A program made the position numbers and the translations under genes. DNA of 62,117 nt from an uncultured Chlorobiaceae bacterium (GTDB lineage Bacteria; Bacteroidota; Chlorobiia; Chlorobiales; Chlorobiaceae). The notes under the pieces were generated by a model. The model ran no database searches, was not told the origin of the DNA, and saw only the letters and a program-made list of their open reading frames with translations. Of this stretch, positions 51,714 through 61,611 are shown in pieces (the stretch's first letter is position 1; each line of letters begins with the position of its first letter). The stretch spans positions 1 to 62,117 of the forward strand of contig CAIVSG010000206.1 in assembly GCA_903908555.1 (NCBI GenBank), read 5' to 3'.

Positions 51714-53849
51714 ATGAACAACAATCGATCAGTCAATGTCTTTTATGGTCATGTGGCTACGGGCATTTCCTTTATGTTTCTTGGGACATGGGTTGCTACA
51801 CAATATGTTGCCTATGCGCTTGGATATCAGGCTCAGTTGGGTGCATTTGCGTTTATCTTTCACGGGGTGCCTGTTTATGAACCTTGGGCATGGTTCATGT
51901 GGGCATACCATTTTGAACCTTATGCACCCGGCGTTTTTGACAAGGCCAGCTGGATTACCTATGGAAGTTTTTTTTTGATGTTCGGAGTGATGGTATTGCT
52001 TGCGATCCGCCGGTCTCGAAAAACCAGGCAAACGGGAGCGTATGGTACTGCTCGATGGGCAACAGAAAAGGAGCTTGTTGACTTTGGTTTTTGTGGAGAG
52101 CAGGGGGTTGTGCTGGCTCAATCCAGCGATGCAATATTTCATCCCCAAACAGATAAATCCGGCGAAGTAAAACTGATAATGGACCGACAGGGAACACATA
52201 TTCTCCGTCATAATGGCCCGGAACATATTTTTTGTTTTGCTCCTACCAGAAGCGGAAAAGGCGTTGGGTTGGTTATTCCAACCATGTTAACCTGGCCGGG
52301 ATCAGTTATTGCCTACGATATAAAGAAAGAGCTATGGTCGGCTACGGCGGGATGGCGAAAGCAGTTTTCCCATTGCTGGCGGTTTGAGCCAACCGCTCCA
52401 GATTCTATACGATTTAATCCACTTCTGGAAATTCGGAAAGGGGAGTATGAAGTTCGTGACGTTCAGAACGTAGCAGATATTTTAGTTGATCCTGATGGTT
52501 CGAAAGAACGTCATGATCACTGGGAAAAAACCGGTCACGCGTTACTTGTTGGCGTTATTCTTCATGTGCTATATGCTGAGGAGGATAAAAGTCTTTCGGG
52601 TGTGGCAAATTTTCTCTCTGATCCTCAACGTGGTATTCAGGATACCCTGAACTACATGATGAGCTACCCGCATCTGGATAATCAGCCACATCCTGTTGTT
52701 GCGGCATGTGCCAGAGAAATGATGAATAAATCCGAAAATGAGCTTTCAGGTGTCGTTTCCACTGCAATGAGTTTTCTAGGTCTTTATCGGGACCCGATCA
52801 TTGCAAGAAACACTGCTGTGTCAGATTTTTGTATTCATGACCTGATGAACAGCAAGAACCCTGTTTCCCTGTACCTGGTTGTTCCTCCAAGTGATATTGA
52901 CCGTACCAAGCCGCTCATGCGCCTTATCTTGAACCAGCTTGGTCGGAGACTCACCGAAAAGCTGGAATTTCGAGGACAGCACTATAAACACAGACTGCTC
53001 ATGATGCTCGATGAGTTTCCCAGTCTTGGACGTCTTGGTTTTTTTGAAACTGAGCTGGCGTTCATGGCCGGATACGGGATCAAGTGTTTCATGATAGCGC
53101 AGAGTCTCAACCAGATTGAGAAAGCGTATGGGCAGAATAATTCCATCCTTGACAACTCTCATATCCGGGTTACGTATGGCGCCCTTGATGACCGCACGGC
53201 AAAAAGGATTTCTGATTTGCTTGGCCAGGCTACTGAAAAGCGGGTCCAGCAAAACCTTGCTGGTGGCCGGTTGTCACCATGGCTGGGGCATATTATGGAA
53301 TCTGAGCAAGAGAGTCCCCGGCCGCTTTTGACCCCAGGAGAAATTTTGCAGTTGCCTGGGTCTGATGCACTATTGATGGCAGGAAACCTGCCGCCCTACA
53401 GAGCAAAAAAGATTATGTATTATCAGGATGCAAGATTTAAACAGAGGGCTTGGCTTGAAGCTCCAGACAAGGCAGATCAGCAAAAAAAAGAACTCCTCCC
53501 ACAACCTGAAAATGAATGGTTCTCTTTACAGAAAAAAGAGTTAGTATCTGAAGCTGCAGTGGAGAACCCGTTAAAAAATGAACTGCATTCAGAAAGTAGC
53601 CCAAACCGAGGATCTGATAATGAGGCGATAGAGATGGAGCTTCAGGGGGATGTCTTGAGGATGAACGCATTGAAGAACAATGAGCTGCAGGAAAGGGAAA
53701 AAATGCTCATGGAATCGGAGACGCTCACAGAGGATTCTTCCCGAAAATCAGCGCAGCAGCAGTCGGCACTGCAAAAACAAATAGTGGATCGGGGAAGAAC
53801 TATTGAATTTGGTAGTAACCATTTAGGAGGAGGAGATTTACCATTATGA
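51714..53849 (+). CDS. traG: Type IV coupling protein (VirD4 family)
   Basis: N-terminal TMs, YGTARWA, APTRSGKG, LDEFPSLG, AQSLNQ. Confidence 0.93.
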   Translation: MNNNRSVNVFYGHVATGISFMFLGTWVATQYVAYALGYQAQLGAFAFIFHGVPVYEPWAWFMWAYHFEPYAPGVFDKASWITYGSFFLMFGVMVLLAIRRSRKTRQTGAYGTARWATEKELVDFGFCGEQGVVLAQSSDAIFHPQTDKSGEVKLIMDRQGTHILRHNGPEHIFCFAPTRSGKGVGLVIPTMLTWPGSVIAYDIKKELWSATAGWRKQFSHCWRFEPTAPDSIRFNPLLEIRKGEYEVRDVQNVADILVDPDGSKERHDHWEKTGHALLVGVILHVLYAEEDKSLSGVANFLSDPQRGIQDTLNYMMSYPHLDNQPHPVVAACAREMMNKSENELSGVVSTAMSFLGLYRDPIIARNTAVSDFCIHDLMNSKNPVSLYLVVPPSDIDRTKPLMRLILNQLGRRLTEKLEFRGQHYKHRLLMMLDEFPSLGRLGFFETELAFMAGYGIKCFMIAQSLNQIEKAYGQNNSILDNSHIRVTYGALDDRTAKRISDLLGQATEKRVQQNLAGGRLSPWLGHIMESEQESPRPLLTPGEILQLPGSDALLMAGNLPPYRAKKIMYYQDARFKQRAWLEAPDKADQQKKELLPQPENEWFSLQKKELVSEAAVENPLKNELHSESSPNRGSDNEAIEMELQGDVLRMNALKNNELQEREKMLMESETLTEDSSRKSAQQQSALQKQIVDRGRTIEFGSNHLGGGDLPL

Positions 53850-54313
53850 CAACAAAGCGCCAAAACATCCATCCGTACTTGTCGCCAGAATTGTTTCGCA
53901 GATTCAAACAATTCTGTAAGCAGAAAGGACAAACGGAAACCAGTGTTGTTGAGGCGGCCTTGACGCAATACCTCGATGAGAAATGTGATATGAGTTTGAT
54001 CCTGAAAAAACTTGACAGAATCAGCAGGAGTGTGGGAAGAGTTGATAACCAGGCCAGTGTGTCTGCAGAAGCTTTTGCCCTGTTTCTCCAGTACTGGTTT
54101 GCTCATACGCCAGAAATAGCTGAAGAAGAAAAATCGCTTGCAAATACTGACGCTAAAAGAAGATATAATGCATTTATTGAATATCTGACAGCAAAACTCG
54201 GTTCTGGCTCGCGGTTTACCGATGAAATCGTCAAAGACTTCACTGTAGGAAATGAAGAAGAGCTGAGAGCCGCAGCAGAAGGGGATTCCGGGCAATTCCC
54301 TTGCAATTATTAA
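53846..54313 (+). CDS. CopG/RHH regulator
   Basis: N-terminal RHH; position between traG and trbB. Confidence 0.7.
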   Translation: MTTKRQNIHPYLSPELFRRFKQFCKQKGQTETSVVEAALTQYLDEKCDMSLILKKLDRISRSVGRVDNQASVSAEAFALFLQYWFAHTPEIAEEEKSLANTDAKRRYNAFIEYLTAKLGSGSRFTDEIVKDFTVGNEEELRAAAEGDSGQFPCNY

Positions 54314-54528
54314 GCGTTCCTATATGTGTAATTTTCGATAGGTCGTGGCGGAGAAAGTCCGTTTTTTCTTTTCTACCCAGCCTCTTTTCCATTCCAGTTA
54401 TTCAAGATTCCTCAACTCTGCCCTTTGCCTACAGTTAAGAGATTTCTCGGTGTTTTTTAAATATTTAGTTAGTAAATGGAGTTATTTAGTGCCATCTTTT
54501 TGCCCCAGTACCCCTAATAAAAGTAGTT

Positions 54529-55530
54529 ATGCCCCCAGCAAAAGACGTTGCCCGAAATCGAAAAATTGAGGCGTTTGATATCGCTCTTGATCCTATTATT
54601 GAGTATTTGAATAACCCTGCCATCATTGAAATTATGGTCAATGCTGATGGTAAGGTTTGGGTGGATGAGATCCAGTCTGGAATGTACTTTACTGAAAAGG
54701 TCATGATGCCGGACGATGTCGAGCGAATTATTCGATTGCTCGCCGCTTCCATTAATACCGAAGTCAACGATAAATCTCCTTCTCTTTCAGCAAAACTTCC
54801 GGGATGGGGAGCCAGGGTTCAAGCATCTATCCCTCCAATTGTTTCCGCCCCTGTTTTTTCCTTTCGGAAGCCCGCAAAAGTTGTTTTTTCCCTGACTGAT
54901 TATGTCGATAAAGGAATTTTGAGTGAAAGTGACGCTCAGTTCCTGCGACAAGCTGTGCTCGACAAAAAAAATATTCTTGTTGGTGGTGGGACAGGGAGTG
55001 GTAAAACGACCTTTGTGAACGCACTTTTGCAAGAAGTTGCCTTGACGAATGATCGGATATATATCGTTGAAGACAATGCAGAGCTTCAGTGTGACGCTCA
55101 AAACAAAGTTGAAATTCTTGTTCACCCTCCAATTTATACTCACCAGCGGGCTATAATGGATGCGTTGAGATTTCGGCCTGACAGAATAATTGTCGGCGAG
55201 GTCAGAGACGGAGCTGCTCTTGATATGCTCAAAGCCTGGAATACTGGGCATCCGGGCGGTATTGCAACTATCCATGCCAACACGACCACGTCGATGCTTG
55301 ATCGTCTTTCACAACTTTGTGAAGAAGTAATGCCTCATGCACCTCGATACCTTATTGCCGAAGCTATTGACATCTGTGTGCACATCAGGCGTGCCCCTGA
55401 AAGTCCAGCGGGTAGGTTAATCAGCGGGATCGTCGAGGTTATTGGTGAGGAGAATGGACATTGGAAAACACGATCCGTACAACACAATGGCTTTACATGT
55501 GAGCCTGTAAAAGCACAAAACGTGTTCTGA
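54529..55530 (+). CDS. trbB: VirB11-family ATPase
   Basis: GGTGSGKTT, RPDRIIVGEVR, WNTGHPGG. Confidence 0.95.
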   Translation: MPPAKDVARNRKIEAFDIALDPIIEYLNNPAIIEIMVNADGKVWVDEIQSGMYFTEKVMMPDDVERIIRLLAASINTEVNDKSPSLSAKLPGWGARVQASIPPIVSAPVFSFRKPAKVVFSLTDYVDKGILSESDAQFLRQAVLDKKNILVGGGTGSGKTTFVNALLQEVALTNDRIYIVEDNAELQCDAQNKVEILVHPPIYTHQRAIMDALRFRPDRIIVGEVRDGAALDMLKAWNTGHPGGIATIHANTTTSMLDRLSQLCEEVMPHAPRYLIAEAIDICVHIRRAPESPAGRLISGIVEVIGEENGHWKTRSVQHNGFTCEPVKAQNVF

Positions 55531-55646
55531 CACCCCCTTTTTTTTGTCAAAAGGTGTTAACTATTTATTAACACTACATTTAAAACACTATTTATTCACT
55601 TTTATAATCTCTCGTCTTGCCCTGTTAATTACAAATAAATGTTTTC

Positions 55647-55964
55647 ATGAAAAAAAATGTCCTCTTTCAGTCCGGTCTGATTACCGCGTTGCTTGTGCTT
55701 TGCACTGCGGGTACTGCTTTCGCTACTTCAACCGGGATGCCTTGGGAAACCCCGCTTAACTCGCTGTTAGGTTCCTTGACTGGGCCGGTGAGTCGGGTAC
55801 TGGGTGCTGTTGCAATTATCGGTCTTGGTCTTGGCGTGGCTTTCAGCGAAGGTGGAGGCATGATGCGCAAGGCATTGTGGGTGGTTATGGGTCTTGCTAT
55901 TGCCTTTAATGCTGTCTCTTGGGGACTGTCGTTTATGGGATTTGGTGGAGGTCTTCTTGTATGA
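55647..55964 (+). CDS. trbC: Pilin (VirB2-like)
   Basis: Signal peptide, MPWETPL..SLTGPV, two TMs. Confidence 0.9.
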   Translation: MKKNVLFQSGLITALLVLCTAGTAFATSTGMPWETPLNSLLGSLTGPVSRVLGAVAIIGLGLGVAFSEGGGMMRKALWVVMGLAIAFNAVSWGLSFMGFGGGLLV

Positions 55965-56212
55965 CAGATGGCTATGAAATCCCGGTGCATAGGTCTCTGA
56001 CAGAAGTCATTTTACTCGGCGGTGTGCCTCGAACTCCGGCAGTGCTTCTTTGGACAATTGCTGCTGCCTTGGGGTTTGGTATGCAGCAGATATGGGTCTT
56101 GCCTGTGGCCGTACTCCTTCATGTTGTTCTCATGACTCTTACCCGCCGGGACCCGTTCTTTTTTGATGTGTTTATTCGTGCGCTGAAATCCCCTAAACGG
56201 TTAGAGCCATAG
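55961..56212 (+). CDS. trbD: VirB3-like protein
   Basis: PVHRSLT..LLGGVPR, RDP.FFDV. Confidence 0.9.
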   Translation: MTDGYEIPVHRSLTEVILLGGVPRTPAVLLWTIAAALGFGMQQIWVLPVAVLLHVVLMTLTRRDPFFFDVFIRALKSPKRLEP

Positions 56213-56217
56213 CCTCC

Positions 56218-58671
56218 ATGATCAATCTTAGACAATACAGACCGTCAACAAACCGGTTGCCAGATTATTTGCCATGGGCGGCACTTGTAGCGCCTGGTGT
56301 CGTTTTACAAAAAGATGCAATTCTCCAGAAAACCTATGCATTTAGAGGGCCTGACCTTGCCAGTTCTTCACAGTCAGAGCTTGTTTCAGCTGTCGCCAGG
56401 CTGAATAATTCACTGAAGCGACTTGGATCAGGGTGGAGTCTTTTCATTGAGGCACAGAGGTTTCTCTCTGCCGAATATCAAGGTGCAACATGGATGCAGC
56501 CGGCAGCTTGGCTTCTTGATAAAGAAAGGCGAGGACAGTTTGAAGAGAAAGGTGTTCACTTTGAAAGTGCCTATTACATCACGTTTGTTTGGGGTATGCC
56601 TTCCACCAAAAGCAAAAAACTGACAGGCGTTTTTTACGATGACCCAGAAATATTGCGTGATACGGGGATAGACAACAAGCGAGACTTGGAGTATTTCATA
56701 AAGACCTGTTCAGAAATTGCAGATTTAATGAAAGGGGTTTTTGTTGAGATCGAAGACCTTAATGACGACCAGACATTAACCTACCTTCATAGTACCATTT
56801 CCACGAACCGCCACCCAGTGAACGCCCCGGAAACACCAATGTATCTCGATGCTTTGTTACCGGATCAGGCGTTGACAGTTGCAGATATTCCGATGCTGGG
56901 CAACCACTTTATACCCACGGTAACATTCACAGGCTTTCCGTCTACCTCTTTGCCTGGCATTTTGGATGATCTCAATCATCTCGAAATAGAGTACCGATGG
57001 GTTACCCGATTTATCTGCATGGACAAGGAAGACGCACGCAAAGAAATTGAGCGCTTCCGCCGGCAGTGGTGGTCCAAGAGAAAGAACCTGCTCGCCATGT
57101 TGAAAGAAGAAGCGACCAAAGAGCCTTCGGCATTGCTTGATAGCGACGCATCCAATAAAGCCGCAGACGCTGATGCTGCCTTGCAAGAGCTGGGAGAAGA
57201 CCTTGTGGCTTTTGGAATAATGACCTGTACGGTAACGGTTACACATTCCGATTTACAGGAGTCAATGCGAAGGATCAGGAAAATAAAACAGGTTATTCAG
57301 AGCAGGGGGTTTACTGTAAAGGAAGAGACATTAAACAGCAAGGAGGCTTGGCTTGGTAGTCTGCCAGGACATGTTTACGCCAATGTTCGCAGGCCTATTA
57401 TTAGCACGCTCAACCTTGCTCATATTATGCCCATATCTGCAATCTGGGCAGGTGAGCAGGAAAACAAGCATCTGAAAGAGGTAACCGGGATCGGAATGTA
57501 CCACATCATGTGCTCAACAACCGGGAGCACTCCATTTCGGGTTAATCTGAATGTTGGCGATGTTGGTCACACCCTCATTATTGGGCCAACTGGTGCAGGC
57601 AAATCAACATTACTCTCAATGCTTGCATTGCAATGGCTGCGTTACCCGAACGCACAGGTCGTGATTTTTGATAAAGATCGGTCTGCTCGTGCAGCCACTC
57701 TTGCTGTCCAGGGTGACTTCTATGAACCAGGTGGGGATGACGCCTGTCTTGCTTTTCAGCCGCTTGCCTGTATTGATGAGCAAGCTGAAAGGATATGGGC
57801 CGCCGAGTTTGTTTTACTTCTTCTCAAAGAGCAAAAGGTTGACGAGACCCCGACAGTAAAGAAAGAGATTGATTCAGCTCTGGTCACCCTTGCGACTTAT
57901 GCCAAACCATCCCGAACCCTTACGCTTTTTGCGGAGCTGGTACAGTCAAAAGACGTCCGGGAGGCATTACGTCCTTATACAATTCAGGGGAACTACGGAC
58001 AAATATTTGATGCAGCAGAAGAAATAATTAACGAAGGGTTCTGGCTCAATCTTGAAATGAATGCTCTTATGAGCATGAACCAGGAAGCGGTAATACCGGC
58101 TCTGTTTTATCTTTTCCACGCAGTCGAGAAAAGGTTTAATGGTCGCCCAACCCTGCTGATTCTTGATGAAGCATGGCTATTTCTCAAGCATTCAGTGTTT
58201 ATGAACCAGTTGCAGAGTTGGCTTAAAACACTGAGAAAGAAAAACGTCTATGTTGTTTTTGCCACTCAGGAAGTTGCCGATGCGGCCGGATCACCCATTA
58301 TGGCGACAATTCTTTCTGCTTGTCATACCAAGATTTATTTACCTGATGAAGAGGCATTGACACCGGTAATGTCTGAAACGTATCATCGTTTTGGTCTGTC
58401 CGATGCTGAAATACAGCTTTTGTCCTATATGCAGGCGAAACGAGACTACTACTACCGTTCAGTTAACGGTCACAGGGTATTCAATTTGAACATGGGTCCC
58501 ATTGCCTTGACTTTTGCTGGCATGTCCACTCCCGATGATCAGAAGTTTATGGACGAGCTTATAAAAAACGTTCAGCCCGATAAACGATCTGCAAAAATGC
58601 TTCGCTACCGAAATATAGAGTGGGGAGCAGTCTTGCTTGATAATGGCCCACCTGTCCCGCTTCAGTCATAA
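56218..58671 (+). CDS. trbE: VirB4-family ATPase
   Basis: LPWAAL, GHTLIIGPTGAGKS, LDEAW, FATQ. Confidence 0.95.
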   Translation: MINLRQYRPSTNRLPDYLPWAALVAPGVVLQKDAILQKTYAFRGPDLASSSQSELVSAVARLNNSLKRLGSGWSLFIEAQRFLSAEYQGATWMQPAAWLLDKERRGQFEEKGVHFESAYYITFVWGMPSTKSKKLTGVFYDDPEILRDTGIDNKRDLEYFIKTCSEIADLMKGVFVEIEDLNDDQTLTYLHSTISTNRHPVNAPETPMYLDALLPDQALTVADIPMLGNHFIPTVTFTGFPSTSLPGILDDLNHLEIEYRWVTRFICMDKEDARKEIERFRRQWWSKRKNLLAMLKEEATKEPSALLDSDASNKAADADAALQELGEDLVAFGIMTCTVTVTHSDLQESMRRIRKIKQVIQSRGFTVKEETLNSKEAWLGSLPGHVYANVRRPIISTLNLAHIMPISAIWAGEQENKHLKEVTGIGMYHIMCSTTGSTPFRVNLNVGDVGHTLIIGPTGAGKSTLLSMLALQWLRYPNAQVVIFDKDRSARAATLAVQGDFYEPGGDDACLAFQPLACIDEQAERIWAAEFVLLLLKEQKVDETPTVKKEIDSALVTLATYAKPSRTLTLFAELVQSKDVREALRPYTIQGNYGQIFDAAEEIINEGFWLNLEMNALMSMNQEAVIPALFYLFHAVEKRFNGRPTLLILDEAWLFLKHSVFMNQLQSWLKTLRKKNVYVVFATQEVADAAGSPIMATILSACHTKIYLPDEEALTPVMSETYHRFGLSDAEIQLLSYMQAKRDYYYRSVNGHRVFNLNMGPIALTFAGMSTPDDQKFMDELIKNVQPDKRSAKMLRYRNIEWGAVLLDNGPPVPLQS

Positions 58672-58711
58672 TTCAGTCATAACAATTCCCTAACCCCCTA
58701 AGGATATCTTT

Positions 58712-59464
58712 ATGAAAAAAACGATCACAAAAATAATGATCGCAGCCACCCTTTTTGCTGTTACGCCGCTAACGCTGACTGTAACCAGCAAGATTGCTCA
58801 TGCCTCGCTTCCGGTGATTGATATCACAAACCTCCAGCAAAACACGCTTACAGCTCTCAGAACAGCGGCGCAGATTGAGAACCAGCTTGTGCAGATTCGA
58901 AACCAGGTCAAATCACTCTCAATGCTGCCGAGTGGTATTTCAGCTCCAATCAGAGGCGTCTATGATAGCAATTTGAGAGAGTTGAATGGATTGATTGCTG
59001 ATGTCAAGGGGATCGGGTTTGACCTCAACCAGATCGATGGTCAGTTCAACCAGCTTTACCCAACAGGGCAATGGGACACCATCAATCGAGGGCAATATGA
59101 TCAGTATTACCAGAAATGGAATACCGAACTAACGGAATCGGCAAGGACAGCCATGAAAGCCCAAGGAGTGATTGAACGCTCGCAAGGGTATAACTCACAG
59201 GCTATGAATATTCTCGAACAGAGTAATAGCTCAGATGGAGAGGTTCGCCAGATTCAAGCGACGAATCAGATGCTCTCCCTTGTTTCAGCTCAGTTGAGCG
59301 GGTTGACCGAAAACCTTTCTACAAGCACCAGACTTACGGCGACAGTAGCTGTTGACGCAGCGCAGCGAAAGGAAGCAGAGCGGGCCTATCGAAACAAGCT
59401 GATGAATGGATACGGTGGGTTGAATACGACTCCGCAGCCGATTGAGTTAAAAAAAATCCACTAA
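58712..59464 (+). CDS. trbJ: VirB5-like minor pilin
   Basis: Signal peptide, PVIDITNLQQN, QATNQ; position after trbE. Confidence 0.85.
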   Translation: MKKTITKIMIAATLFAVTPLTLTVTSKIAHASLPVIDITNLQQNTLTALRTAAQIENQLVQIRNQVKSLSMLPSGISAPIRGVYDSNLRELNGLIADVKGIGFDLNQIDGQFNQLYPTGQWDTINRGQYDQYYQKWNTELTESARTAMKAQGVIERSQGYNSQAMNILEQSNSSDGEVRQIQATNQMLSLVSAQLSGLTENLSTSTRLTATVAVDAAQRKEAERAYRNKLMNGYGGLNTTPQPIELKKIH

Positions 59465-59482
59465 AAACTATTGGAGAGCAAC

Positions 59483-59665
59483 ATGTTCATACTGCGGCGA
59501 AAAGTCATCTTTGCGTTTTTTTTAGTTGCCATAATTATTTCGGCAGGATGTAGTGCAGAAAGCAAGAGAGTCCCCGAAGAACAGAAACGGACTAAAAGAC
59601 TTTTAAAAGGTTATGGGCAAGAAGATACAACCCCTAAACCCATACAGTTTAAAAAAATCCATTAA
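59483..59665 (+). CDS. trbK: Entry-exclusion lipoprotein
   Basis: Lipobox ISAGC; lies between trbJ and trbL; C-terminus resembles the TrbJ C-terminus. Confidence 0.75.
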   Translation: MFILRRKVIFAFFLVAIIISAGCSAESKRVPEEQKRTKRLLKGYGQEDTTPKPIQFKKIH

Positions 59666-59677
59666 AAGGAATTCTAC

Positions 59678-60856
59678 ATGGATCCAGGAATACTGACAAC
59701 GACGCTTAACAATTTTCAGACGGTGTTGAGTGCCGGATGGGGAAACCTTCAACCGGCAATCAACTATCTCATTGGAGCCTTGCTCAGTATTGAGATTGTG
59801 ATGCTTGGGTTATGGTGGGCGCTTGGGGGAGGGGAGCAGTTAGTTGGGGTTATGAAAAAGGTGCTATACCTCGGGTTTTGGCTTTGGGTTGTAAGACAGT
59901 TCCCGATGATTTCAAATGCCTTTGTTGATTCGCTGATTCAAGCAGGTAAAATAGCCGGCGGCGGAGGTGGCAGCAGTTTATACGATCCTTCAAATATCAT
60001 ACGATATGGGCTAAATACGACAGCACCATTGATAAAGGAAATATCGTCGATGGGCATAACAGAAATTGTTAATGGTCTGGTGTTGGCGATCTGTTATGTG
60101 ATGATCATGCTCGCCTACATACTCATAGCCTGGCAGATTTTCTATGCGGTCTTGGAGTTTTATCTGATCTCGGCATTGGTAGGGATTTTCCTTCCCTTTG
60201 GATTTCTTGAACCAACAAAATTTTTGGCTGAGAAAGCTGTTGGAGCGGTTATCGCTTCCGGCATCAAACTCATGGTGCTGGCTTTTATTATGGCCGTGAT
60301 AGAGCCGGTCCTTCGTACCCTCACATTCTCTGGGAATATGACCCTAACTGAAATTTGGAGCGCATTATTGACCGTCGGGGCCATTGCGTTTCTTACCTGG
60401 AATGCGCCTGGTGTCGCTGCTGGTCTTATGGCTGGAAGCCCAAGTCTTAGTGCTGGTACTGCTGTTCAAAATGCTCTTGTTGGGGGAACAGCTGCAGCTT
60501 TAGCTGCAGGTGGAGTTGTCGCAGCCACTCGGTCTGCAGTTAAAGGAATTGGTGGCGGAGCTTCAGCCTTGATGGGTAAAATGGGAGGCGGTGGGAGTAG
60601 TCCAGCGGGGACTAAAGGCGGCGCAGGTCCAAAGACTGGAGGAGATTCAGGATCGGCATCGAGTGCCTCTTCGATGAATGATGCGGCGACTAAAGGAAAG
60701 GGGAGTGTAGGGAATGGAGAAGAGGAAGGGGCGAGGAAAGGTAACGTAGAATCCGGCAAGAGCAAGGCACCTGATTGGGCGAAACAGGCCATCCACGCCC
60801 TGCATCCTCCTGAAGAAGCCAGGCCTTCTGGCGGAAGTGCAACACCAAAATTATGA
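59678..60856 (+). CDS. trbL: VirB6-like protein
   Basis: Multi-TM core, TKFLAEKA, Gly/Ser-rich tail, APDWAK. Confidence 0.9.
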   Translation: MDPGILTTTLNNFQTVLSAGWGNLQPAINYLIGALLSIEIVMLGLWWALGGGEQLVGVMKKVLYLGFWLWVVRQFPMISNAFVDSLIQAGKIAGGGGGSSLYDPSNIIRYGLNTTAPLIKEISSMGITEIVNGLVLAICYVMIMLAYILIAWQIFYAVLEFYLISALVGIFLPFGFLEPTKFLAEKAVGAVIASGIKLMVLAFIMAVIEPVLRTLTFSGNMTLTEIWSALLTVGAIAFLTWNAPGVAAGLMAGSPSLSAGTAVQNALVGGTAAALAAGGVVAATRSAVKGIGGGASALMGKMGGGGSSPAGTKGGAGPKTGGDSGSASSASSMNDAATKGKGSVGNGEEEGARKGNVESGKSKAPDWAKQAIHALHPPEEARPSGGSATPKL

Positions 60857-60890
60857 GAATGTTTATTAACCGATTACTTCAACAAACACC

Positions 60891-61583
60891 ATGAAGGGAA
60901 CTTCAAAGAAATGGTCGCCGAAAGGGGAGCTTGATACACCTTACAAACGAGCGAGACAGGAATGGGACGACAGAATTGGAAGCTCTGTGGTTCAAGCAAA
61001 AAACTGGCGGTTGGCAACTTTTGCAACAATAGTATTTGTAGCACTGCCTTCAGTTGGGGGAATGATTTATTTGGGAGCACAGCCAAAGTTAGTCCCGCAT
61101 ATCGTAGAAATTGCTGTTGATGGCGGAGCGACATACAGGGGGGAGATCGGCAAAACATGGGAAAAGTTTAAGCCATCAGATCCCTCAATCAAGTACCATC
61201 TGCAGCGATTTATACAGGATACCCGGATGATCAGCAGTGATGCGGGGGTTATCAAAGAAAACTGGTTTGATGCGTACAAGCTAGTAACCCCGAAAGGGGC
61301 AAATACCCTTTCAGCTTATGTCCTGAAACAAGACCCGTTTATTCGTGCTGCTAAGGAACGCATAAGTGTCGATATCCTCTCGATGGTGAGAGTTTCAGAG
61401 TATAGCTGGCAAGTTGACTGGAAAGAAAGCCAGTGGGGGATCATGGGTGATCCGCTTGGCGAGTCTTACTGGAGAGGCATCTATAAGATCGTTATTCAGC
61501 AGCCTGTAAACGAGAAACAGCTTGCAGCCAATCCAATTGGGCTTTTTATCGATGAATTCAACATTGCACAGTTAGTCAGGTAA
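60891..61583 (+). CDS. trbF: VirB8-like protein
   Basis: TPYKRARQEWDDRIG..QAKNWR, NPIGLFI. Confidence 0.92.
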   Translation: MKGTSKKWSPKGELDTPYKRARQEWDDRIGSSVVQAKNWRLATFATIVFVALPSVGGMIYLGAQPKLVPHIVEIAVDGGATYRGEIGKTWEKFKPSDPSIKYHLQRFIQDTRMISSDAGVIKENWFDAYKLVTPKGANTLSAYVLKQDPFIRAAKERISVDILSMVRVSEYSWQVDWKESQWGIMGDPLGESYWRGIYKIVIQQPVNEKQLAANPIGLFIDEFNIAQLVR

Positions 61584-61611
61584 TGTCCACTTTTTTAATC
61601 AACCGTTGATC

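Noticed and set aside
60540-60790. Gly/Ser-rich low-complexity tract
   Set aside because: Normal feature of TrbL C-termini
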